DNA of 64,000 nt. Source: Mustelus asterias (Eukaryota). Under the pieces are notes generated by a model. It was not told the origin of the DNA. It saw only the letters and a program-made list of their open reading frames with translations, and ran no database searches. The translations under genes were made by a program, and so were the position numbers. Shown here piece by piece: positions 10,467 to 22,400 of this stretch (position 1 is its first letter; each line of letters opens with the position of its first letter). The stretch spans positions 11,842,001 through 11,906,000 of the forward strand of contig NC_135825.1 in assembly GCF_964213995.1 (NCBI RefSeq). Direction: 5' to 3'.

Positions 10467-13400
10467 CTACAATATAAAAGAAATACATAATCCAATTTAT
10501 TTCTGATGAACTTGAACAGTGATTTGTGCTGTTATGATGAGAAATGTCTTTTTTGATTATTATGTCAGTTTATAAAGCGTTGAAATGTATTTATAGCACA
10601 GAAACAAGCCATTGGCCCAACAGGTCAATGCTGGTGTTATTCTCCTCGATGTGGAGATGCTGGCATTGGACTGGGGTGGGCACAGTAAGAAGTCTCACAA
10701 CACCAGGTTAAAGTCCAACAGGTTTATTTGGTAGCACGAGCTTTCAGAGAATCGCTCCTTCTTCAGGTGAGTGAAGAGTTTGAAGAAGTCTGAAGAAGGA
10801 GCGATACTCCGAAAGCTTGTGCTACCAGATAAACCTGTTGGACTTTAACCTGGCGTTGTGAGACTTCTTACTGTTATTCTCCTCACCAGTCTCCTCCCAT
10901 CCTTCTTCATCTAATCCTGCCAATTTATCTTTGTTCCTTTCTTCCTCATTTGCTAATCCAGCTGCCCCTCCAACAGATTTATGGTATTTGCTTCAACTAT
11001 TCTCTGTGATAATGAAGATTGAAGAGTGGGCAAACATATTGGGTGGGGGGGGGGGATCTTACCGGCTCATCATGGCAGTCAATCGGCATGGCCAGTAAGA
11101 TCGCCCAAGAGGCAAAAAACCAGGTTTGTGCCAAGTTTCTCACCTCTCATGATGTTAGCGGCCCTGTTCTGTTGGGTGCGAAGTTAAGTTTAATATTCAT
11201 GAGCTTATTTTAATATTATTAGTGAGCCTGGGATGCAACCGTCCGGGCGTACTTGCCTTAACCGCCTCACCGGTGGAGGTCCTCGCCGGCGTGTATTACA
11301 TATGCTCCCCAGCAACAGGGATCCGATGTGATGGCCTTGCCAGTGGGACTGGAGGCCATTAAAGCCTCTGGGTGGTTGGGGCAGGTAGTGTCCCTTGGGC
11401 AGTGCCAACTTGGCACTGCCAGACTGGCACTCTCATAGTGCCCACTGCACACCCAGGCACTGGCCACTGGACAGTGCCAAGGGATGAGGCCCAAGGGGAA
11501 GTGCGGGGCCTAAGGGGAGGGGTGGGGCTTGAACGGGAGGGGTGGGGCCTGAACGGGGGGCAAGGCATGGGGAGCTCCATGCTCTGCATCAGGGATTACC
11601 GGGGTGGTGATTTGTGCAGGTGTGGGGTGGGGAACGGGGGGCCAGTGGGTCATGGAGGGAAATTGGGGGCAGTGAACGGCTAGGTGGGATCCTATGTGGC
11701 GATTGGGGGAGTTGCAATCAAGGATGGTGATCAGGCGTATTGCCATTGGGGGATGGGGGGGCGATGTCTGGGGGGGGGGGGGGGGGGGGGGGGGGGGAGT
11801 GCCAGATCCCTAGTGCACTATGTACTCTTGTACACAGTACACTGGGAGATCGGAGCGCAAGCACAATAGCCCCATCTATCAGTCAGCAGCTTGCTACCTG
11901 GCATGAATAGACTGTCCACTCCCCCTATTGGCGAGAATCACAACTAATCTTTTTCTTTCTAAGTGACATGAGATTGCATCTGGGAGCTTGCCCAAAAAAT
12001 GGGCGCAACTCTTTCCTGTTTTCACGCGTGTTCGGCACTTAGAATTTTTTTGTTAAGATTGCCCCCGTTGAGTTTTCAGTTGACGCAGAAAGAATTGCCA
12101 CAAACAGCTGTGGTTCCCTGAGACAGATGTTGTTCATGGACCAAAGATGTACATGAGTTTCCAATTGTTAATACAGTTCCAGAGTCTGATTTCTCATAGC
12201 GAAACTATTATTCCTGGCTATGGTGATGTTGGATATGGTGATAATTTCTGCATCCATCACACCTGTACACCACATTGCTGTAAATTAGCCAAGGCTAAAG
12301 AATTGCTCAGACTTCCCTTTATCTTTTCTAATGATCAGTTGTGGCAAATCGTACCATTACAATTAGCTGAAAACTAGGTAAGCACATGAGGAAGGTGGTG
12401 CCATAGTGGTATTGTCACTGCTCTAGTAATCTAGAGGCTCAAGGTAATGCTGTGGTGGATGCGAGTTCGGATCCCCCCCATTGCAGACGATGAAATTTAA
12501 ATTAAATAATCTGGAATTAAAAATCTAAGGTTGGCCACAAAACCATTGTCGTAAAAAACCCATCTGGTTCATTATTATTATCCTTTAGGGACAGAAACCT
12601 GCTGTCCTTCCCTGGTCTAGCCTACAAGTGACTCCAGACCCACAGTAATGTGGTTGAGTTTTAACTCTCCCCAGGGATGGGCAATAAATGCAGGCCCAGC
12701 TAGTGATGTGCACATCCCATGAATGAATAAAAACAAGAGGGAGAGGAGAAGATGAGGAAATGCTGATAGGGTTAGAGGAATCAGTGAGACTGAATGACCT
12801 GTTTCTGGGTCTATCTCACCCAGTTCCGCAAATTTCCAAACATTGTTCAGAGAATTCATACTTAATATCCTTACCCGATTATCATTTCGAGTCTTGTCTT
12901 TTCGATGAAATTCATTGGCATTTGTATCTGAAAAATTACAATGTTATTGTTGAAAGAACTGTAACAAGGATATTTAATATGCTTAAAATCTCTAAACTGA
13001 TAGTGTCTTGCAGTGTGCGTAACATTAGATTGATCTTCATTCATATGAACTTCATTTGGTTTCCCTATATAGTGCAAAATTGGTTTTGGTTATTTTGCCT
13101 AATGATCAGAAAGGGTGGAGGTAACTTTCACCCGAACCATCTGGCAGAGCAGAAAACCTGCCCGTTATAATCGATTCTGATTTTCATCACATTTATCCCT
13201 ACATGGTGCTCTATCAGATCACTGACCCAAATGTGAAGGTAAAATTCAACCCCTGTCCCCATATGTTTAGGATTTTGCAGGACAAAAATCCTTCAATTCT
13301 ACTCTGAAAAAGAGCTCTTGTTCTGTTGCACTATCAGTGAGAGACCAAACAATACAGGGAAAAATCAGTACCCAATTTGAACTCAAATTGCATTCACTCA

Positions 13401-16400
13401 CACAGAGTTAAAAGTAGGCTCTGTCCGTTGATTCACTGGGATAAAATTTTCCAGTCCTGCCGGCCGTGGGAATTGTCCCAGTCGGACAGAGGATTTGGCG
13501 GACCATTTTAAAGGTCTTTTGATCGCGAGTGGGAAGTTCTGGACAGGAATGACTGGAAAATCCCGCCCACTGATTTTATTGGAGACAAGGAGGAACCAAT
13601 TTATCAAACAAAATCTATTGACTCAGCACACAATTAAGTGAATGAAGTGAAGGGTCTACTCGAAAAGTGCACAGCAGCAAACAGTCTGCAGAATCTACTT
13701 TGAAAGAATCCCTGCTAGATGGAGCAAACAGAATAGATGACAGAAAATAATTCAAATTCTCATTTTAAAACCAGGGTTATTTTTCCAGTAAAATCAGTGT
13801 GGAATGCAAATTTTGTCCTTGTAGTTAATTCTAGTCTGTTACTGGATGGTTTCTACCGCAATCTATTGCTGATCCTGTGCACTTACTAAACTGAAGTGTA
13901 GTGAAATGTGGTCAAGTTGACTAATCCTCCTGTGACTTGCTGCAGCATCGGTGATGAGGTGCAGCCTTGTTAATACAATCACTTCCACTCAAACCTACAT
14001 GCAGAATCAAGATTAATTGCTGCAGAGTAAAAGTGAGAGCAATGATGGGTGAAAAATGAGAAAATAATGGGTTCTAATAGATTTTCTAAACATCTTGTCG
14101 TGCTGTCTCTGCTTTAATTAACATCCCAGCCTACACCATGCCATCCTTTAGTGCTCAACCTTTGGAATTACATGTCTGGCTTTAGCTTCAGATGTCAAAG
14201 CCAAACACATCTGGATGCCTGCTGTACAAAGTTTTGACTTCAAACTTGAACTGTTTCAATCAGTAGCTATTTTTTTTAAGAATTGGTTCCACAGGGGAGA
14301 TAGTTTGATCCGCACAATTTTTTTGTGTGGCCTTTTGATGCACTCTCAACAAATTCAGGCACGCATCAATTTAAGGCAATCATTCCATTCATGGCTCCCT
14401 TAACCTATTGCAGACGGAGATTTGGTGAACTTACAAAAGGCTTTTCTCCTGAAAGATTACTCATTGAAAGATTTCACCTCTTAGGATTTAGGGAAGAGTG
14501 GGCTTGAACCTAAATAGACCTGTGGGCGGCATGGTGGCACAGTGGTTAGCACTGCTGCCTCACACCACCAGGGACCCAGATTCAATTCCAGCCTCGGGTC
14601 ACTGTCTGTGTGGTATTTTCACTTTCTCCCCGTGTCTGCATGGATTTCCTCTGGGTGCTCTGGTTTCCTCCCACAGTCCAAAGATGTTTAGGTTGATTGG
14701 CCATGCTAAATTGACCCGAGTGCCAGGGAGATTAGCAGGGTAAATGCGTGGGGTTACGGGAATAGGGCCTGGGTGGAATTGTGGTTGGTACAGACTTGAT
14801 GGGCCAAATGGCGTCTGCCTGTACTGCAGGGATTCTATGATCCTGTGCAGTACAAAGAGTAGCCAAGCAGAATTAGATTACATTCATATAACCCACAGAC
14901 AAACTAAAAAATCCTTGAGTAACTCACCAAGGCTCCTCAGAGAGTACCCTCCAGACCTACTACCATCAAGAAGGACAAGGACAGCAGATACATGGGAAGA
15001 CCACCATCTGGATGCTCCCCACCAAGCCACTCACCATCCCATTCCTTCGCCCTTGCTGGGCCAAAATGCTGGCACTCCCTCCCTAATAGCACTGTGGGGT
15101 ACCTACACCACAGGGACTGCAGTGATTCAAGAAGGCATCTCACAACCACCTTCTCAAGGGCAATCAGGGATTGGCAATGAATGCTGACTGAGCCAGCTAT
15201 GCTTACATCTCTTGAATCAATAAAAAAGCAAGCCTTTTAATATTAGTCATCTGACTCCCAAACTAATTCCTTTAAAGAAGAAATACTGATTCTGTATTTG
15301 ACTGCAATTTATTATGATTGGGTTGAATCAGACAATAATTAGCTCATTAAATTCTCAACACTTTCAATTACAAAGGCCATGTATCAAAACCTCAGGGCAA
15401 AATCTCAGTCCCGCCAGCAGTGGGAATCGTGGTGGACAGATGAACTTAATTTGACGGGAGGCCAGAAATCTGTTTTTGGACTTCGGAATGAACTGTTGGA
15501 ATCTTGTTAGCCCAATGAGCGGCACTTTGTCAAGATAAAAGACAATGGCACAAAATCAGGAGTATAATCACAAAGGAGCAAAGTTCAGGATGGAAAACAC
15601 GTCAAAATGGAAAAAAATTCTCAGCAGAGAATTTCTCAAGTTGAGGAAAAAAATCTCAGTTTTTTTTCTGTGTCTGAATTGCTGATTCTGTTGTCAATTT
15701 CAATGTCTTTTGTAAATTTCTCATTGTCCAGCTTCCGTTCTTCAAGCTCTTATTCTCCTGATTCGATTCTCCACTGGACTAGTCCTTATTTTCTGGTTGC
15801 TTTTCATGGACTTTAGCTTATTCTCCATTGCTTCATTAACTTCTCTTATCTTCTTAGCTTCATTTTTGTCAACTGTTGCAATTCTCTTTTTCCAAGTTTG
15901 CTGTCAGTCATTTCACCTTGTTGTTTTAATCTCATAGAGTCTTAGAGTCATACTGCGCAGAAAAGGCCCTTCGGTCCATTGAGTCTGCACTGACAATAAC
16001 TACCACTAAAGGCGTACTAATCCCATTTTCCTGCACTTAGCCTATTCCTTGAATGTTATGATATTTCAAGGGCACATGCAAATATTTTTTAAAGGCTGGA
16101 AAGTTTCCGGCCTCCACTACCTTCCCAGGCAGTGCAATCCAGATTCACACCACTCTCTGCGTCAAAAGGGTTTTTCTCAAAAACGAAAAGATGGAAAATC
16201 TCTACCATCTGCACAAAGAAGCAGAACCTCTTACCCACCCGACTCCCACACACCAAAACCTTTGCACAGCAAAGGTGCAATCCACAAAGGTGCAGATGGT
16301 AGAGGTTTTTAAAACTGTTCAAGAATATGGGATCATTAAGGCAAAAGCACATCATATAACTTCTCCCATTGGGAATTTTTGAGCAGATGAATTGACAAAA

Positions 16401-19400
16401 CAAGGTGCTTGAAAAGGACAACCATGGCAGCCTCCAGTGGATGAACAGATAGATACTGTTGCTGTTAGCCAGGTGAGCATGGAAGATCTTAAACAGGTTC
16501 AGTGTGGTGATGATGATTCAAAACAGCTACAGGATGGAGCACACCCTGCTTCTTATGGCAAATGGAAAGATAAGTTCCAACCACAGGATGGGCTTGTTCT
16601 TAAGAATGGACAGTATGTGGTGCCAACCCAAGATCATAATCAAATCATTTACCAATGCCATGATTTTCAGGGTCATTAAGGAGCAGAAACAACCTTGAGA
16701 AAGCTGTAGAACAATTGCTTGGGAATGTTCAAGCTACTCAGATGTCCGCTGCTGTTAAAAATGGGACAAAAAAGAAAGCAGAGTAAGGCTTATTTTGATG
16801 GTAAAGTGAACCCTATAGAGTACAAGGTGGGACAACAGGTTATGCTTCCAATTTACTAACCTGGTACATTATTATCCCCCAGATATTCTGGGCCTCACCC
16901 TATTGTAGATGAAGTTAGTCCATCAGTGTATAAGGTCTTAATGGATTCTGGAAAGACTGGATGATATCATGTTAATCAAATGAAAGCCTATAATGTTCAG
17001 AGTAGTCATCAATATCGTGTGATGCTGGAAGCATATAATCTAAATAATGGCAGTGATATTTGCCAGTTTGATTCTAGTACATTGGATTCATCATCATGAA
17101 CTTTGCATTTAGATAATGAGTCACTAAGTATTTGGGCAGGGAGTTCATCAGATGCTTCATCAGTTCAGTCACAGGATGCAGTAAGATTACGATAGTTACG
17201 AGATGAGGAAAATCTAGTTAATGTGCTAGATGAGACAGAGAAAAGGGATGACGTTGAGGATGATGATGATGAGGAGAATGATGAGGAAGTGAATGTCCAG
17301 GTTACAGGAAAGCAATGTCAGGGTCAGATAGTGGAACAGAAAGTTGAACAGAAAGTTGAACCGGAGGTTGAGCAAGCAATGGAGCCAACAGTTGGGCAGC
17401 TTTAAACAATGAAACGATTCACTCCTGCTCAGCACAGAGCTTAGGAAAAAGCTGTTTCTAATGCCAGGATAAGGTTGTTTCTAATGCCCTCCTTCTGCTT
17501 GATCCCGATTAGTAATCATGATCGTGGTAGGTAGCAATTGCTGCTCGGAACACCTTCCCCCACCATTCCCCCCACCACCACACACACCCGTTCCACCTAC
17601 CCCCCCACCCCACCCCCATCCCCATCCCCACAGCCTCTGCTGTGATCGGGAGCCTGTCTGTTCCAGCCTCTTCCTTTCCCCATGCCTCTGGGACAGGTCC
17701 CTGGGCATTTCTCCTTTTTTTAAACTTTAAACACTGCTCTCTCTTCTCTCCTTTCTAATTATTTTCTTTTAAAAAAACTCAGCAGCAATTTCCTATCTTG
17801 TTTTTTTTTACTTGAGTTCCACTTTCTTTTTAAATCAACATCACAGCTTTTGCTTCTAAGGGCTATTTTCTCTTCACTTTTTCCTTACGGATTTCTAAAC
17901 CTCAGACTGTACTGACCAGCTCATGTTTGCTCTGCATCCATCCCCCAAGGTCTGGGCAAGATCTCAACACATCATTGAGCCTATTTACCCAAAAGCAGGC
18001 ATTCGACTGAGTATCATTTTTCTTCAGACTTCAATTAAAACCAGATACTCACAGGTTGCCTATGTCATCAGAATGCATTTTATCCTCATTGCCAGTGTAA
18101 TAATGCACTCGACAGACTTTGTCAGGAACACAAAGGGTGATTATCAACAAGGAAAAGCTCTATAGAGGCCGGCAGCCTGCCCTGCACATCCCCAGAGTAC
18201 CCCAGCCCCTACCTGTCTACTACATGCCTGTAGTCTGCCTTCTGCCTAAGAGACAGCTATACCATAGAATCCCTGCAGTGCAGAAAGAGGCCATTTGGCC
18301 TCACTTGCCCTCAGTCCCAATTTGTCCCTCAAGACAGGTGACCCTTGTGCTGCCCTTAAAGGGACAATCGCCGCAAGGGTCAAATAATTATGGGTTGTGC
18401 ATCAAGATTTTTAAAAAAGGATTAAAATATGAGCAGCCCCAGAGCTCGTGAAAACACAGTCACTCCCACACTTACATCACGTGACCCCCCAGGTCTTCCA
18501 TTTTGAACACATTTGAATTAGATGTGCAGAATACTACAATCGTAGGATTCCAAACAACTATATATTCTTTATTTTTTGCGACAAATTACCGACATGGAAT
18601 GAAATGATTGAAGGGAAATAGAATCTCACCCTTGTTGATTTTCTTCAGGTACAACAGTAGAGAAACAGCGAATACAGTAAGAATGGCCCCCAGCACAGCG
18701 AGCACAATGTAAGTCAGACTGTGATACAGAGAATAGGAAAGGGTCAGTGCAGGTTCACAATTGATTCGTGGCCATTTAGTTAAATTAAAGTACGTTTTAT
18801 ACTTGTAGAACATCTTTGAAGATTTCAGGACATCTCGAAACACTTTATAAGGTGGAGGAACTTTAAGGTGTAGTTACTGCTGTAATGTAGGAAATGTGGC
18901 AGACAATTTGCATACAGCATGGTCGCTGAAATAGAAATCAGAGTGACCAGATAATCTGTTCTTTTTAAAAATAAGGGATAATTATTCACCTAGCCATCAG
19001 GGAAATGTCCTTTGTTTCTTCAAAGATTATCACAAGGTTTGTTATATCCACCTGAGGGGACAAAGGGGAAGCAAAGGGCTAATGGTATTATCGCTAAACT
19101 ATTAATCCAGAAACTCGGTTAATGTTCTGGGGATCCAGGTTCGAATCCTGCCATGGCAGATGGTGGAATTTGAATTCAATAAAAAATATCTGGAATTAAG
19201 AATCTACAGATAACCATGAAACCATTGTCGATTGTCGGAAAAACCCATTTGGTTCAAAGCAACAAGTATTCTGCTTTGGATACGGTTGAGGGGGACGACA
19301 TACCAGTGGTGAGCCGCAGTGAGAGGATCTCCAGCACTGTATCCGTCTCTGTGGCTCGGGAGAGTAAGGGGGAGAGCGGGAGGGCAATAGTTATTGGGGA

Positions 19401-22400
19401 CTCGTTAGTTAGAGGGATAGATAGGAGGTTCTGTGGCAGCAAAAGAGACTCACGGATGGTATGTTGCCTACCGGATGCCAAGGTCCGTGACGTCTCAGAT
19501 CGTGTTTTCTGGATTCTTAAGAGGGGAGGGGAAACAGTCACAAGTCGTGGTACACATTGGTACCAACGACGTAGGTAAGAGAAGGGACGGGGATTTAAAA
19601 CAGGAATTTCGGGAGCTGGGCTGGAAGCTGAGAGCCAAGACAAAATATGTGGTCATCTCTGGTACGTTGCTGGTGCCACGTGATAGCGAGTTGAGGAACA
19701 GGGAGAGAGTGCAGTTAAACATGTGGTTGCAGGGATGGTGTAGGAGGGAGGGTTTCAGATACGTGGATAATTGGAACACATTCTGGGAAAGGTGGGACCT
19801 GTACAAACAGGACGGGGTGCACCTGAACCAGAGGGGCACCAATATCCTGGGAGGGAAATTTGATACGGCTCTTCAGGGGGGTTTAAACTAATTTGTCAGG
19901 GGAGTGGGAAAAGGAGTTGTAGTCCAGAAGTCAGTGTTGAGGGTGGTGAGGTATTGGGGAAGGTATCAAGGTCAAGGGTGGGTACCGGTAGACAGGAAGG
20001 TGGGTTGAAGTGTGTCTACTTCAATGCAAGGAGCATCCGGAACAAGGTAGATGAACTTGGGGCGTGGATTGATACTTGGGACTACGATGTTGTGGCCATC
20101 ACAGAGACGTGGGAAGATCAAGGACAGGAATGGTTGTTGGATGTTCCGGGGTATAGATGTTTCAGTAAGTGTAGGGAAGCTGGTAAAAGAGGTGGAGGAG
20201 TAGCATTGTTATTCAAGGATAGTTTAACGGCTGCAGAAAGGCACTTCGAGGGGGATCTGCACACTGAGGGAACATGGGCTGAGGTTAGAAATAGGAAAGG
20301 AGCGGTCACGTTGTTAGGAGTTTACTATAGGCCCCCAAATAGTAATAGAGATGTGGAGGAAGAAATTGCTAAGCAGATTATGGATATGTGTGGGGGTCAC
20401 AGGGTAGTTGTCATGGGGGACTTTAACTTTCCAAATATTGATTGGAACCTTTGTAGGTCAAATAGTTCGGATGGGGCAGTTTTTGTGCAGTGTGTGCAGG
20501 AGGGTTTCCTGACACAATATGTGGATAGGCCGACAAGAGGTGAGGCCACATTGGATTTGGTACTGGGAAATGAACCGGGCCAAGTGTTAGATTTGGTTGT
20601 GGGAGAGCACTTTGAAGATAGTGACCACAATTTGGTGTCTTTTGTTATTGCAATGGAGAGGGATAGGGCCATACGGCAGGGCAAGGTTTACAATTGGGGG
20701 AGAGGTAATTATGATGCGATTAGGCAAGAATTAGGGGGCATAAGTTGGGAACAGAAACTGTCAGGGAAAGGCACAAATGAAAAGTGGAACTTTTTCAAGG
20801 AACAAATACTGGGTGTCCTTGATAGGTATGTCCCTGTCAGGCAGGGAGGAAATGGCCGAGTGAGGGAACCATGGTTCACGAAAGAGGTGGAATGTCTTGT
20901 GAAAAAGAAGAGGGAAGCTTATGTAGGGATGAGGAAACAAGGTTCAGATGGCTCGATTGAGGGTTACAAGTTAGCAAGGAACGAGCTGAAAAAGGGGCTT
21001 AGGAGAGCTAGGAGGGGACATGAGAAGTCCTTGGCGGTTCGGATCAAGGAAAACCCCAAGGCCTTTTACTCTTATGTGAGGAATAAAAGAATGACCAGTG
21101 TGAGGTTAGGGCCGGTCAAGGACAGTAGTGGGAACTTGTGTATGGAGTAAGTAGAGATAGGCGAGGTGATGAATGAATACTTTTCTTCAGTGTTCACCAA
21201 GGAGAGGGGCCATGTTTTTGAGGAAGAGAAGGTGTTACAGGCTAATAGGCTGGAGGAAATAGATGTTCAGAGGGAGGATGTCCTGGCAGTTTTGAATAAA
21301 CTGAAGGTCGATAAGTCCCCTGGGCCTGATGAAATATATCCTAGGATTCTTTGGGAGGCAAAGGATGAGATTGCAGAGCCTTTGGACTTGATCTTTGGGT
21401 CCTCGCTGTCCACGGGGATGGTGCCAGAGGACTGGAGAATGGCGAATGTTGTTCCTCTGTTTAAGAAAGAGAATAGAAATGACCCTGGTAATTATAGACC
21501 GGTTAGTCTTACTTCGGTGGTTGGTAAATTGATGGAAAAGGTCCTTAGGGATGGGATTTACGACCATTTGGAAAGATGTGGATTAATCCGGGATAGTCAG
21601 CATGGATTCGTGAAGGGCAAGTCATGCCTCACAAATTTGATTGAATTTTTTGAGGAGGTAACTAAGTGTGTTGATGAAGGTAGGGCAGTTGATGTCATAT
21701 ACATGGATTTTAGTAAGGCGTTTGATAAGGTCCCCCATGGTCGGCTTATGATGAAAGTGAGGAGGTGTGGGATAGAGGGAAAGTTGGCCGATTGGATAGG
21801 TAACTGGCTGTCTGATCGAAGACAGAGGCTGGTGGTGGATGGAAAATTTTCGGATTGGAGGCAGGTTGCTAGCGGAGTGCCACAGGGATCAGTGCTTGGT
21901 CCTCTGCTCTTTGTGATTTTTATTAATGACTTAGAGGAGGGGGCTGAAGGGTGGATCAGTAAATTTGCTGATGACACCAAGATTGTTGGAGTAGTGGATG
22001 AGGTGGAGGGCTGTTGTAGGCTGCAAAGAGATAGGATGCAAAACTGGGCTGAAAAATGGCAAATGGAGTTTAACCCTGATAAATGTGAGGTGATTCATTT
22101 TGGTAGGACTAATTTAAATGTGCATACAGAGTCCAAGATAGGGTTCTGAAGACTGTGGAGGAAGAGAGAGATTTTGGGGTCCACATCCACAGATCTCTAA
22201 AGGTTGCCACTCAAGTGGATAGAGCTGTGAAGAAGGCCTATAGTGTGTTAGCTTTTATTAACAGGGGGTTGGAGTTTAAGAGCCGTGGGGTTATGCTGCA
22301 ACTGTACAGGACCTTGGTGAGACCACATTTGGAATATTGTGTGCAGTTCTGGTCACCTCACTATAAGAAGGATGTGGAAGCGCTAGAAAGAGTGCAGAGG

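Noticed and set aside
11770-11797. 28-nt poly-G run (and the C-rich tract at ~17555-17630) as functional G-quadruplexes
   Set aside because: Low-complexity sequence within repeats, with no supporting evidence; homopolymer length may be unreliable.
13887-14448. Alternative phase-compatible cytoplasmic exons at 13939-13887 and 14448-14435
   Set aside because: Their acceptors are weaker than that of 12927-12875, which already closes the frame. Not excluded as minor isoforms.
15640-15930. Purine-rich, coiled-coil-like minus-strand reading as a gene A exon
   Set aside because: It contains stops and no compatible splice sites. Possibly a decayed gag fragment, but unsupported.
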